Assembly (NCBI GenBank): GCA_963833985.1
Contig: CAWIAD010000001.1
Location: 224,001-288,000 of the forward strand
Direction: 5' to 3'
DNA from: an uncultured Planctomycetaceae bacterium
GTDB lineage: Bacteria > Planctomycetota > Planctomycetia > Isosphaerales > Isosphaeraceae
Length of the DNA stretch: 64,000 nt
The position numbers were made by a program, and so were the translations under genes. Below, piece after piece: positions 1-8,563 of the stretch (position 1 is its first letter; the number at the start of each line of letters is the position of its first letter). The notes beneath the pieces are model-generated. The model saw only the letters and a list, made by a program, of their open reading frames with translations. It was not told where the DNA came from and did no database searches.

Positions 1-2
1 AT

Positions 3-1781
3 CCGCCCGACCCTGAGCGGACCTCGCGGGACGCACCCGGGGGCGATCACTGGGGCGGTTTTCCGGTGCGTGGAACCTATGCCCAGGGCGTTGCGTGGGT
101 CGCGCTGATCCTGGCCCGGAGCCTGCGCTATGCGCACGCCATGAAGACGTTCCACCGCGACGTCAAGCCCGGCAACGTCCTGCTGACGCTCGATCACGGG
201 CCGCAGCTGCTCGACTTCAACCTGGCGGAGTCTCCACACTCGGCCGGGCGGGCCGAATCGGCCATGCTCGGTGGAACGCTTCCTTACATGGCTCCGGAGC
301 AGATCGAAGCATTTCTCAATCCCGACCTCTGGAACAAGGTCGGCGCCCAGGCCGACATCTACTCGCTCGGACTTGTGATCCGGGAGCTGCTCACTGGCCA
401 GGCACCCGACCTGCCGGACGAGAAACTTCCAGCTCCCCGAGCCATGAGCGATCTGCTGGAACGGCGAACCCGCCTGGTGACCGATGTCGGCCAGTTCAAT
501 CCCTCCGTTCCCCATGCACTCCGTGCCATCGTCGAGCGCGCGCTCTGCTTCAACTGCCAGGATCGGTACCCCGACGCACAGTCTCTTGCCGAGGACCTGG
601 ACGCCTTCCTGGCTCGACGTCCCCTGCGGCTGGCTGTCAACCCGTCGCGGCGCGAGCGCCTGGTGAACGGGATCAGGCGGAATCGCGTCCGGATCGTCGC
701 CTCCAGTGGTTACCTGGTACTGGCCGGTGTCATCGGCGTGCTCTGGCTCGGTCCCATGCTCAAGCCTGACCCGGCGTCCCTGCCCGCGTTTCGACAGGCA
801 GTGTGGGAGATCGACCAGGGCCGCCCGGAGCGCGCCATCGATCCGCTTCGCACCCTGGTCAAGGACTACCCCGATCATCCGCTGCCGCGGTTCGAGCTGG
901 CGATTGCCCAGGGCAAGTCGCGCCGTGTGCACCGGGATGATGCCCAGATTTCCATGGACGAGGCACTCAGCCTGCCGGACGCCGAGCGGAGTCTTCTGGT
1001 GTGGGGGCGCACCAATCCTTCCCTGGCAAGACAGCTTCAGGACTTCGTCGCCTCCCGGATGGAACTCCTCGTGCGTCTCAAGACCCTGACGCAGCCGGCG
1101 ACCGAGGGTTCCGGAGCCAGCCACCCGCGGCAGGACGCGGCACCGGTCCTCCGCCAGTACTATGAGACCATGCACCGGGCGCTGGAGCTTGCCCTGAACA
1201 TCGACCCAACCCTGAACACGATCCGCGTTCAGGCGGCTATCGTGGACGAATTCTTCGGCAAGTTCGAGTCGGCATACGCCCGGCTGACCAGGCTCATCGA
1301 TGAGAAGAAAGCCCAGGGTGACCAGATTGGCCGTAACGATCGCGATCAGCAGATCGACTGGATCGTCCGCCGTAGCCGGATTGCGGTACTCTGGGCAGCG
1401 GAACTGCACCACGAACCAGGTGCCGCGAACGCCGCCAGGGCGGAAAAACTGCTCCAGCAAGCGGCAGCCGCACTGGCCTCGTGCGAACGGGACATCCCCA
1501 GCCTGACGCTCCGTCCCGACAAGAAGCGGGACCTGAACGAGAGGATCTATCGCTACTTCTGGATTTGCACCGAAACCTGGCTGGCGATCGGCGAGGCGGA
1601 AAGACCGGGCAACGACCCCACCCAGCGCCGGCAAGCGTTTCACAACTCCAAGCGATACCTCGACTCCCTGATGGCCTTCGGAGTCCAGAACTCGCTGGGG
1701 GAAGGTCTCTCCGACGAGATCGAGGCGCTGAAGCAGAGGACCCGCGCAGGCATCCAGGCCGGCTCGAAGTTTCTCGACTAG
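3..1781 (+). CDS. Ser/Thr protein kinase with TM segment and TPR-like C-terminus (5' end outside window)
   Basis: HRDVKPGN, DFNLA, GGTLPYMAPEQ and DIYSLG kinase motifs; hydrophobic GYLVLAGVIGVLWLG; frame is open back to the window start. Confidence 0.9.
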   Translation, partial: PPDPERTSRDAPGGDHWGGFPVRGTYAQGVAWVALILARSLRYAHAMKTFHRDVKPGNVLLTLDHGPQLLDFNLAESPHSAGRAESAMLGGTLPYMAPEQIEAFLNPDLWNKVGAQADIYSLGLVIRELLTGQAPDLPDEKLPAPRAMSDLLERRTRLVTDVGQFNPSVPHALRAIVERALCFNCQDRYPDAQSLAEDLDAFLARRPLRLAVNPSRRERLVNGIRRNRVRIVASSGYLVLAGVIGVLWLGPMLKPDPASLPAFRQAVWEIDQGRPERAIDPLRTLVKDYPDHPLPRFELAIAQGKSRRVHRDDAQISMDEALSLPDAERSLLVWGRTNPSLARQLQDFVASRMELLVRLKTLTQPATEGSGASHPRQDAAPVLRQYYETMHRALELALNIDPTLNTIRVQAAIVDEFFGKFESAYARLTRLIDEKKAQGDQIGRNDRDQQIDWIVRRSRIAVLWAAELHHEPGAANAARAEKLLQQAAAALASCERDIPSLTLRPDKKRDLNERIYRYFWICTETWLAIGEAERPGNDPTQRRQAFHNSKRYLDSLMAFGVQNSLGEGLSDEIEALKQRTRAGIQAGSKFLD

Positions 1782-1944
1782 CATACCGGCCTGGTGCTAC
1801 GTCCAGCCGTTGCGTGCCGCTGCCTCCACGAGCACACCGCTGGCGGTGTTCTAGACTTGCCAGGATGACCGGGCCGCGCGTGAGGCTGGCCCTCCCAATC
1901 ACCGCCAAGAGGCCCAACGGACTGGCGAAGCTGGAGAGCTGGCA

Positions 1945-2301
1945 ATGGCAGATCTGATCACACAAGTCTGGACGGCATTGCGCGACGCGGGTATGCCGGA
2001 AGTGATGCTCTATCTCCCTGACGGATCGGCGTGCCGCTGCCACTGGAACGACACGTCCCTCATCGGACCGGTTCGGGTTGCCCTGCTGGCCGACCAGGAC
2101 CGCAAGATCGTCCGCATCATGCCGGTCGAGGACTGCAAGGGAATTGGCATCGCCAGCCCGAAAGGGACCGACCCGATGGGTTACCGGCCCGTCGTCCTGG
2201 AGAAACTCAACGATTGCTTCGGCCCCAAGGAAGGCGCGGCGGTCGGATCGGCACCCTCGCGTCCGCTTTCGGCGGCGGACGCGGTCTCGGATCGAGGGTG
2301 A
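1945..2301 (+). CDS. Hypothetical protein (118 aa)
   Basis: ATG preceded by GGAG; globular-looking sequence; overlaps the 3' end of xerD convergently. Confidence 0.6.
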   Translation: MADLITQVWTALRDAGMPEVMLYLPDGSACRCHWNDTSLIGPVRVALLADQDRKIVRIMPVEDCKGIGIASPKGTDPMGYRPVVLEKLNDCFGPKEGAAVGSAPSRPLSAADAVSDRG

Positions 2302-3203
2302 AAGCGCGCGTGAACCTCGCGCAGGCGACTCAATTCGACGCGGGTGTAAATCTGGGTCGTTGCGATGGAAGCGTGACCGAGCAACTCTTGCACTGCGCGG
2401 AGATCGGCTCCCCCCGCCAGAAGATGCGTGGCGAAGCTGTGGCGGAGCGTGTGCGGGCTGACATTCGCCTTCAAGCCCGCGCGGCGTGCATGCTGCTTGA
2501 CCACTCTCCACAAGCCGATCCGCGAGAGTGGTTTGCCAGACCTCGAGACCAGCAGCGCTTCGGTTTCGGGATGGCGTGCGGTGAGCGACGGTCGATCATG
2601 GAGATATGCCTGGATGGCCGCGATGGCTCGTACTCCCAGTGGCACCCACCGTTCCTTGTTTCCCTTGCCCACACAGCGCGCCAGGCCCGTACCCAGGTCC
2701 AGATTCTCGAAGCGTAGATTGACCACTTCTGATGCTCGGCAGCCCGTCGCGTAGAGGATTTCCAGGGCCGCGCAATCGCGCCGGCCCAGCCGCGTCTCCG
2801 CGCTGGGAGTGCTCAGCAGCCGGTCCACCGCGGCGGGCCCCAGGACGGTGGGGAGCTTATCCCAGACGGCTGGCGCGACCACCAGCTTGGCAATGTTCTC
2901 CGCGAGCTTCCCCTCGAAGACGAGGAACTTGAAGAATGTCGAGAGACTTGCCAGATGCCGGCAAACGCTGCTGGGCACCAGCCCCGACCGTAGCAGTTCG
3001 CTGGTGTAGGCCTCCAGATGGCCCAGGGTCAAGCCCTCGAGGGAGCCTGGCGCAAATTGCTTGCGCCATCGCAGGAACCGCATCAGGTCGGACCGGTAAG
3101 CCGCCAGAGTGTGCGGCGAAACGCCACACTCGGCCATCAAATAATAGAGAAAGGGACCAGCCAGGGCTCGATCGGGGTCAGGTCTGTAGGGGTGCTTGGC
3201 CAT
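2181..3203 (-). CDS. xerD: Site-specific tyrosine recombinase XerD
   Basis: SPHTLAAYRSDL; LYATGCRASE; GKGNKER; SPHTLRHSFATHLL...LGHASIATTQIYT. Confidence 0.88.
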   Translation of the reverse strand: MAKHPYRPDPDRALAGPFLYYLMAECGVSPHTLAAYRSDLMRFLRWRKQFAPGSLEGLTLGHLEAYTSELLRSGLVPSSVCRHLASLSTFFKFLVFEGKLAENIAKLVVAPAVWDKLPTVLGPAAVDRLLSTPSAETRLGRRDCAALEILYATGCRASEVVNLRFENLDLGTGLARCVGKGNKERWVPLGVRAIAAIQAYLHDRPSLTARHPETEALLVSRSGKPLSRIGLWRVVKQHARRAGLKANVSPHTLRHSFATHLLAGGADLRAVQELLGHASIATTQIYTRVELSRLREVHARFHPRSETASAAESGREGADPTAAPSLGPKQSLSFSRTTGR

Positions 3204-3330
3204 GTCCGCTCGGGCGTCCGGTGATCTGGAGGGGCAGGTGATCCGCCTCGGAAGATCATCGGCCGCCAGTCGACCGCAACTTCACGGGGCCTCCAGAGGA
3301 AGCCGGCTTCGAGAGGTGCCGCGTGCCGTC

Positions 3331-4311
3331 TCAGAGGTTCAATGTCAGCCGGTTTCCCAGGTTCTCCTGCTCGGCCATCGATCGCAGCTTGCTGAGAGCT
3401 CGATCCTGAATCTGCCGTACGCGCTCCTTGGATACGTGTAACACCTTGCCAACCTCGCTGAGTGACAGACGCTCTCGCCCACCCAGGCCAAACCGGAGGG
3501 ACAGGACCTGCTGTTCCCGCGGCCGTAACGTGGCGATCAACTTCTGGACGGCCTCATCCGCATCCACCTCGTCGGTCCGGTCGGCATCCGGATCGCTCAT
3601 GGTGTGCAACAACGTGAAGCGGGACTCCTGGTCGATTGCCGCGTCGAGCGAAATCGTGGGCCGGGTCGCCGAGTGGATGCGGTGAATCATCTCGCTGGCC
3701 ATGGGATCACAAGTGCCTGATCGCGGTTGATCGCCGAGTACCGCCTCCTGTCTTTCCAGTTCCTCCTGAGTCTGGGCCAGTTGCCGCAGGTGGCGGGGCG
3801 TCAGTCGGACCGGGTATGCACCCGAAGCGACAGCACGTTGCATGGATTGACGAATCCACCATGTCGCATAGGTCGCCAGCTTGGTCTCATGAGTGAGGTC
3901 AAAGCGATCAATGGCTTCGAGCAGCCCGCAGAAGCCCTCCTGCAACAGGTCGGCGTAGGAGATACCCCGGTCCCGGAAACGCTTGGCGACGTGGGCGACA
4001 AGGCGGAGGTTCGCAAGTGCCAGCTTTGACCTCAGCTCGGAATACTTGCGATGAATGGCGCCCAGTCGTGCACCAGTCGCCCCGTCGCTGGCGTACGCCT
4101 GGGCGATGTACTGAGCGAGGGCCTGAGGGTCATCCTCGGCATTCGAGACATCCACGCCCTTGATGCTTGCGAGAGATTGGGCCAGCTTGGCCTTGCACGC
4201 GGCCAGTTCCCGCAGCAGCATGCGCTCGTCTTGAGCATTCAGAACCTTGATTGAAGAGGCTTCCGGGCTGGCAAACCCATCTCTTTCCGCAGACTCCGGC
4301 CGGCTACGCAT
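3331..4311 (-). CDS. Alternative sigma-70 family RNA polymerase sigma factor
   Basis: Region 2 ANLRLVAHVAKRF...DLLQEG...ATYATWWIRQ; region 4 LSLSEVG...VSKERVRQIQ; start chosen at MRSRPES after AAGGAAG. Confidence 0.9.
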   Translation of the reverse strand: MRSRPESAERDGFASPEASSIKVLNAQDERMLLRELAACKAKLAQSLASIKGVDVSNAEDDPQALAQYIAQAYASDGATGARLGAIHRKYSELRSKLALANLRLVAHVAKRFRDRGISYADLLQEGFCGLLEAIDRFDLTHETKLATYATWWIRQSMQRAVASGAYPVRLTPRHLRQLAQTQEELERQEAVLGDQPRSGTCDPMASEMIHRIHSATRPTISLDAAIDQESRFTLLHTMSDPDADRTDEVDADEAVQKLIATLRPREQQVLSLRFGLGGRERLSLSEVGKVLHVSKERVRQIQDRALSKLRSMAEQENLGNRLTLNL

Positions 4312-4357
4312 ACTGCTTCCTTTCTTCGAAACCGTGCACGTTGCAAAGGTGTCATGA

Positions 4358-5305
4358 TCACGAGTTTTGTGGAGGCCCCAGAAATGGAAGGATGACCTTG
4401 CGAGACGAGCTGGACACCTGCCCGCCCGCATGTGCGGAAGATCCCAGGAGCCGGGCAAACTCGGCAAGGTGGGCCATGCGATCGCCGAAGGCCGAGTAAA
4501 TCAGCCTGGCTCGAAGGTCCGCATCCAGGGCCTGCCCGCCCACGATCACGGCGCAGTCCATCTGCACCGCGGTCGCATAGAAGGAAAGGTAGTCGCGGAC
4601 GAATTGCTCCCGATCCCTCAGATGATTCACCGAGAGAAACACCAGTCTGGGCCGGTACTGCTCGGTGGCGTTTCCCAGGGAACGGAGCGGTAGATTCACA
4701 CCAAGATTGCGCACGTCCCAGCCAAGCTCTCGAAGAGCCAGTTCGCCCAGGAGGCAGGCAAGCAGATAGGGGTCCCCCTCGGTCGTGGCCGTGACCGCCA
4801 GCGGTCCGGTCGGATTCCCTTCTCGACCAACCCGGCCGATCACCTCGATCAGGGCCGTGGCGACCGCGTTTGATGCCTGATGCTCCTGGTAGATGTCGAG
4901 CGCCCCGACCATCCACCCATGGCCAATCCGCGCCATGGCGGGACGGATCAGTTGATCCGCCAGCGCAACCGCTCCGCATCCGGAAAGATAGGCTGATTGG
5001 ATCAGGGCCTTGGCCTGTTCGACGTGCCCGTCCGCGAACATCCGGCAGAGCCGATCACACAATTGCTCGTCGAGGTCCGTCACCGCTCCTGCGGCAATGC
5101 CCCGGATCTTGCGCACCCTGGTCCCGTCCAGACCCAGTTCCGATGCCATCCGAGCCGCCTCGGAGCGAGGGATCAAACGGTGCTTTCCCACGGTTCGCAC
5201 CGCACGGATCGTTCCCGAGTCAACCCAGCGCTTGATCGTGCTCACGCTCAGTCCGAGCGCCTCCGCAACCGTTTGAGTTTTCAGGTAGTCATCGGGGATG
5301 GTCAT
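4358..5305 (-). CDS. Excisionase/MerR-type HTH plus B12-binding domain regulator (CarH/LitR-like)
   Basis: VAEALGLSVSTIKRW...TVGKHR HTH; W-x9-EH (WMVGALDIYQEH); Rossmann LGVNLP...VIVGG; start at MTIPDD. Confidence 0.85.
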   Translation of the reverse strand: MTIPDDYLKTQTVAEALGLSVSTIKRWVDSGTIRAVRTVGKHRLIPRSEAARMASELGLDGTRVRKIRGIAAGAVTDLDEQLCDRLCRMFADGHVEQAKALIQSAYLSGCGAVALADQLIRPAMARIGHGWMVGALDIYQEHQASNAVATALIEVIGRVGREGNPTGPLAVTATTEGDPYLLACLLGELALRELGWDVRNLGVNLPLRSLGNATEQYRPRLVFLSVNHLRDREQFVRDYLSFYATAVQMDCAVIVGGQALDADLRARLIYSAFGDRMAHLAEFARLLGSSAHAGGQVSSSSRKVILPFLGPPQNS

Positions 5306-5345
5306 GAACGAAATCCTGATCGCATCGGACGGTTTGAACGGATTT

Positions 5346-5404
5346 ATTCTAACCGGCTCACGCTGCGATGGGAATGGGTGCCTAATGTTTTTGTCGAAAA
5401 ACAT
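5346..5404 (-). promoter_or_regulatory. Putative promoter TTCCCA-N17-TAGAAT with upstream palindrome ATGTTTTT-N4-AAAAACAT (5385-5404)
   Basis: Read directly from the sequence; function inferred. Confidence 0.4.
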
Positions 5405-5735
5405 CGACCCTCGCGCATGCCGAATGCCAGTGCGGCGGTCGCTGGCGAACCGAGGTTGCCGTGGAAGGGATGGCCGGTGGGTTTCTCGATGCGTGCGGAT
5501 GCATCGGGCGGTGGAGCGGCACGCGGGCTTGCGCGCTGGCGCGCCGAGCCCACGAAGCGCGCTTGGCGGATCATGAGGTCTATGCTAGCTTTGAAGCCTG
5601 TGTGAGGGTCGCGAAGATGCCGGCGTGACGCGACGCAAGGCGCTGAATTCCTGGTGATTGCGCCGATCTCAGCGCGCCCGGTCAAAATCGCTGAGCGGGT
5701 CACGCGTGAATTGCGCTGCGGTGAGGGAGGTATCC

Positions 5736-6323
5736 GTGGAAGTGGAGCGGGATTGGGGGATCCCGGAACGGGATCAATTGTGCCGCTTGCTGCAACGTGA
5801 CGCGTTGCGGCTGGGGCCGTTCACGCTGGCCAGCGGCCGGTCATCCCACTATTACATTGACGGCCGCAAGATCACGCTGCTTGCCGAGGGAGCGCAGTTG
5901 ATCGGCATGGGGATCCTCCAGCAACTGGCGGAGTTTCCGGAAGTCTCCGCGGTGGGCGGCCTGACACTTGGGGCTGACCCCATTGTCGGTGCGACGCTGG
6001 CCATGGCCGCGCTTCACGGGCGGCCAGGGCTGCGTGGGTTCCTCGTCCGCAAGCAAGCCAAGACGCATGGCACCGGTAATCTTGTCGAGGGACCCATCGA
6101 GCCTGGTTCAATGGTGGCGATCGTGGACGACGTGGCAACCACCGGCGGTTCGTCGATGCAGGCCGTGGACGCCGTTGAGTCGCTGGGTTGCAAGGTTGCG
6201 GTGGTGGCCGTGGTGCTTGACCGGCTGGAGGGAGCCGCGGAGGCATTCGCGGCCCGGGGCCTGAACTTCCGCTCCCTTTTGAGCATCCGCGACCTGGGCG
6301 TGGAGCCGTTGACCGGGCAATGA
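5736..6323 (+). CDS. pyrE: Orotate phosphoribosyltransferase
   Basis: FTLASGRSSHYYID; VRKQAKTHG; IVDDVATTGGS PRPP loop; GTG start after GGAGG. Confidence 0.93.
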   Translation: MEVERDWGIPERDQLCRLLQRDALRLGPFTLASGRSSHYYIDGRKITLLAEGAQLIGMGILQQLAEFPEVSAVGGLTLGADPIVGATLAMAALHGRPGLRGFLVRKQAKTHGTGNLVEGPIEPGSMVAIVDDVATTGGSSMQAVDAVESLGCKVAVVAVVLDRLEGAAEAFAARGLNFRSLLSIRDLGVEPLTGQ

Positions 6324-6382
6324 CTGTCGACCGGCCCCCCGGAACAAGGACCCCGCCGCGCGGGTTTCGAGGATGAACCACG

Positions 6383-7057
6383 ATGGAGTCGAGCCTGCAT
6401 CGCGCCCTGAAGGAACGGTACGGACTCGAATCGGGGGGGCGTTCCGAAGTGACACTCGGAGGCTTCCGGATCGACGCCATGGACGGAGCTGGGCTGCTGG
6501 TTGAGATCCAGTCCGGGCCGCTCTCGCCGCTGCGCGGTAAACTGGCTCGATTGCTACCCGACTACCGCGTCCGCGTGGTGAAGCCGGTGGTCCTGGAGCG
6601 CACGGTGATCCGCCGCACGTGCGCTCAGGGGCCAGACATCTCGGCTCGGCGCAGTCCCAAACGGGGGGCGCTGATGGACATTTTCGATGACCTGGTGGCA
6701 CTCGCGAAGATCTTGCAGGATGCCAACCTGGCCATCGAAGTGCTGGCGGTGGCCGTCGATGAGATCCGCACTCCATGTCGCCGCCGGCCCGGATACCGGG
6801 TTGTCGACCGCCGCCTGAGCCAGATCCTTCAGAGCCGTCTACTCAGCGAGCCGGACGATCTCTGGCAACTCCTCCCCACCGGTCACGACTGGACCGTGCC
6901 TTTCACATCGGTAGACATCGCCGCACGGACCGCGCGCCCGATTGACTTCGCCCAGCGCGTGGCCTACTGCCTGCGGCAATCCGGGGCGGCACAGGTCGTG
7001 GGCAAGCGTTCCAGCTTCCGTGTCTATCGTCGAGAGGCGGATCCGGCCCGCTCGTGA
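6383..7057 (+). CDS. Conserved hypothetical protein, PD-(D/E)xK nuclease-like fold
   Basis: SLHRALK...RIDA...LVEIQ pattern. Confidence 0.7.
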   Translation: MESSLHRALKERYGLESGGRSEVTLGGFRIDAMDGAGLLVEIQSGPLSPLRGKLARLLPDYRVRVVKPVVLERTVIRRTCAQGPDISARRSPKRGALMDIFDDLVALAKILQDANLAIEVLAVAVDEIRTPCRRRPGYRVVDRRLSQILQSRLLSEPDDLWQLLPTGHDWTVPFTSVDIAARTARPIDFAQRVAYCLRQSGAAQVVGKRSSFRVYRREADPARS

Positions 7058-7356
7058 AGCAGCGGCACAGAAAATCAGGCGACCGAGCGTCGCCTGGTAC
7101 CCCAGGAGCGAGCCATCTCGCCGTTCCTGTAGTGCATTTCTTGGGCAGGGTTGTTGCAACTTTGAACAAGGCAAGTTGCCTGGCACTAACCCACGCGGAC
7201 CTTGCTCGCTGAGCCAGTACGCGAGGTGAATGGACTGAGTCGCCATGAGAGAGCTGAGGAGGCGTAGGCGATTCCAGGCCTGGATTGCCTGGCCCAGGAT
7301 CGCTGCGAATCCGCGATCCCGGCTCGAGCGAGGCTCGATGCGATTGCCCGAGTAGC

Positions 7357-7563
7357 CTAAATCTCACCGCAAGGGTCGCCGAAAACTTCGACGGAGATTC
7401 CAGATACGGTGTTCGGGACGGCTCGTGCCGTGCTCCGGCCCCCGTAGAGCAGCATGAGGTTGCAACGCGCGCGGTCCCAGAGTCGCGATTCGGAGAGATC
7501 GACATGCTCTCGAACCACCGCTCGTGTTGATCCCTCGGTTCGAGAAACCGATGTGGGGTTCAT
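7357..7563 (-). CDS. Small hypothetical protein (68 aa)
   Basis: ATG preceded by GAGAAG and by a sigma54-like promoter about 70 bp upstream. Confidence 0.45.
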   Translation of the reverse strand: MNPTSVSRTEGSTRAVVREHVDLSESRLWDRARCNLMLLYGGRSTARAVPNTVSGISVEVFGDPCGEI

Positions 7564-7631
7564 GTCAGTCTACTTCTCGAACAAGGTTCGGTGAAACGGC
7601 AAGGAGATCTGGGGGAGGTTCCCATAGCTAG

Positions 7632-7647
7632 AGCAAAATCTGGGCCA
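7632..7647 (-). promoter_or_regulatory. Sigma54 (-24/-12) promoter candidate
   Basis: Minus strand reads TGGCCCAGATTTTGCT (TGGC-N7-TTGCW, exact GG-N10-GC spacing). Confidence 0.55.
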
Positions 7648-7911
7648 CATTGCCGGATTGCCCACGCTTGTTCCACGCTTCAATCATGTCAAGCACCATT
7701 CATGGCCATGATCTCCTGACATCAAATGCGGACTCCCTGGCTCATCTGAATCGGGCGGTACTGGGGCGGTGGACCCCGTGCTCATGGTCGAGCTCATCAC
7801 GAGGAACCGAAACGCTCGCAGACGCCTCAAAACCAACGCGCACCTGGTGTATTCAGGCCGTCTTGATCCATTTACTGGGAAAGGATAGCCATCCCGAAAG
7901 CCGCGGGCGTC

Positions 7912-7950
7912 AAAAAAAACCCCGATCAGGCACTGTTCGCCTGAGCAGGG
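7912..7950 (-). terminator. Intrinsic terminator
   Basis: Minus strand CCCTGCTCAGGC-GAACAGT-GCCTGATCGGGG followed by T8. Confidence 0.65.
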
Positions 7951-8002
7951 CTGTCTTAGCCAGGGTATTCCCGGCCCGTCGTGAGCCAGAAACCATGTTG
8001 CG

Positions 8003-8031
8003 AAGGTACATCGTCGTGTCGATCCTGTCAA
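8003..8031 (-). promoter_or_regulatory. Sigma70 promoter
   Basis: Minus strand TTGACA-N17-TACCTT. Confidence 0.6.
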
Positions 8032-8275
8032 CACGCTTTTCGAGTCCCAAGTTTTTTTAAGATCTGCCCTGGTCTTGCGTTCATGGCAAGGCACGGGGTA
8101 GAGTGCATGCACTATCGGGCCACGCCGCCAGGCTCCGCAATGCGCTCCTCGGTCAGCTCCTGAGAGCATCTGGGATTTACTGACGTGATGCGGACCATGG
8201 GCCGTGAGACACTCCCCCTCGGATTCCAGTACGGCGGAACGCTGATTTCTGGATGGTCTGCCCGTGAAAACCGTC

Positions 8276-8535
8276 ATGCCAGAGAGGTCCCTGTGCGAGC
8301 ACGATCAGGAGATTCAGGCCTATATTGGCTGGACCGAGGAAGATGCAGCGCGGTCCTGCTCCGTCGCCGCTAGGCTGGAGCCGGGTCTTCAGCCGATCGT
8401 CGACGATTCTGTGAGGAGACTCAGCGCCATGCCGAGACGCGTGACCTGCCTGGCGGAGCAGGCATCCGGATCGAGCGGCTCAAGCTCAGCCGGCTCGGCT
8501 GGCTGCGAGAACTTCCTATAATGGTAGGGCAATGA
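8276..8535 (+). pseudogene. Degraded protoglobin/globin-coupled sensor N-terminus
   Basis: QEIQAYIGWTEEDAAR...LEPGLQPIVDD; after a frameshift near 8410 it continues EETQRHAETR...IERLKLSRLGWLREL, then truncates. Confidence 0.6.
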
Positions 8536-8563
8536 CCCGCCAGGGGTGCGAGGGTCCCCGATC

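Noticed and set aside
2181..3203. Prophage or integron integrase
   Set aside because: Motifs fit housekeeping XerD, with no IntI patch, attC array or phage genes nearby
7945..7990. Guanidine-III, c-di-GMP-I or ANTAR identity for the orphan leader
   Set aside because: Only partial words match (ACGA, AAGAC); required pairings, GCAAA motifs and hexaloops are missing
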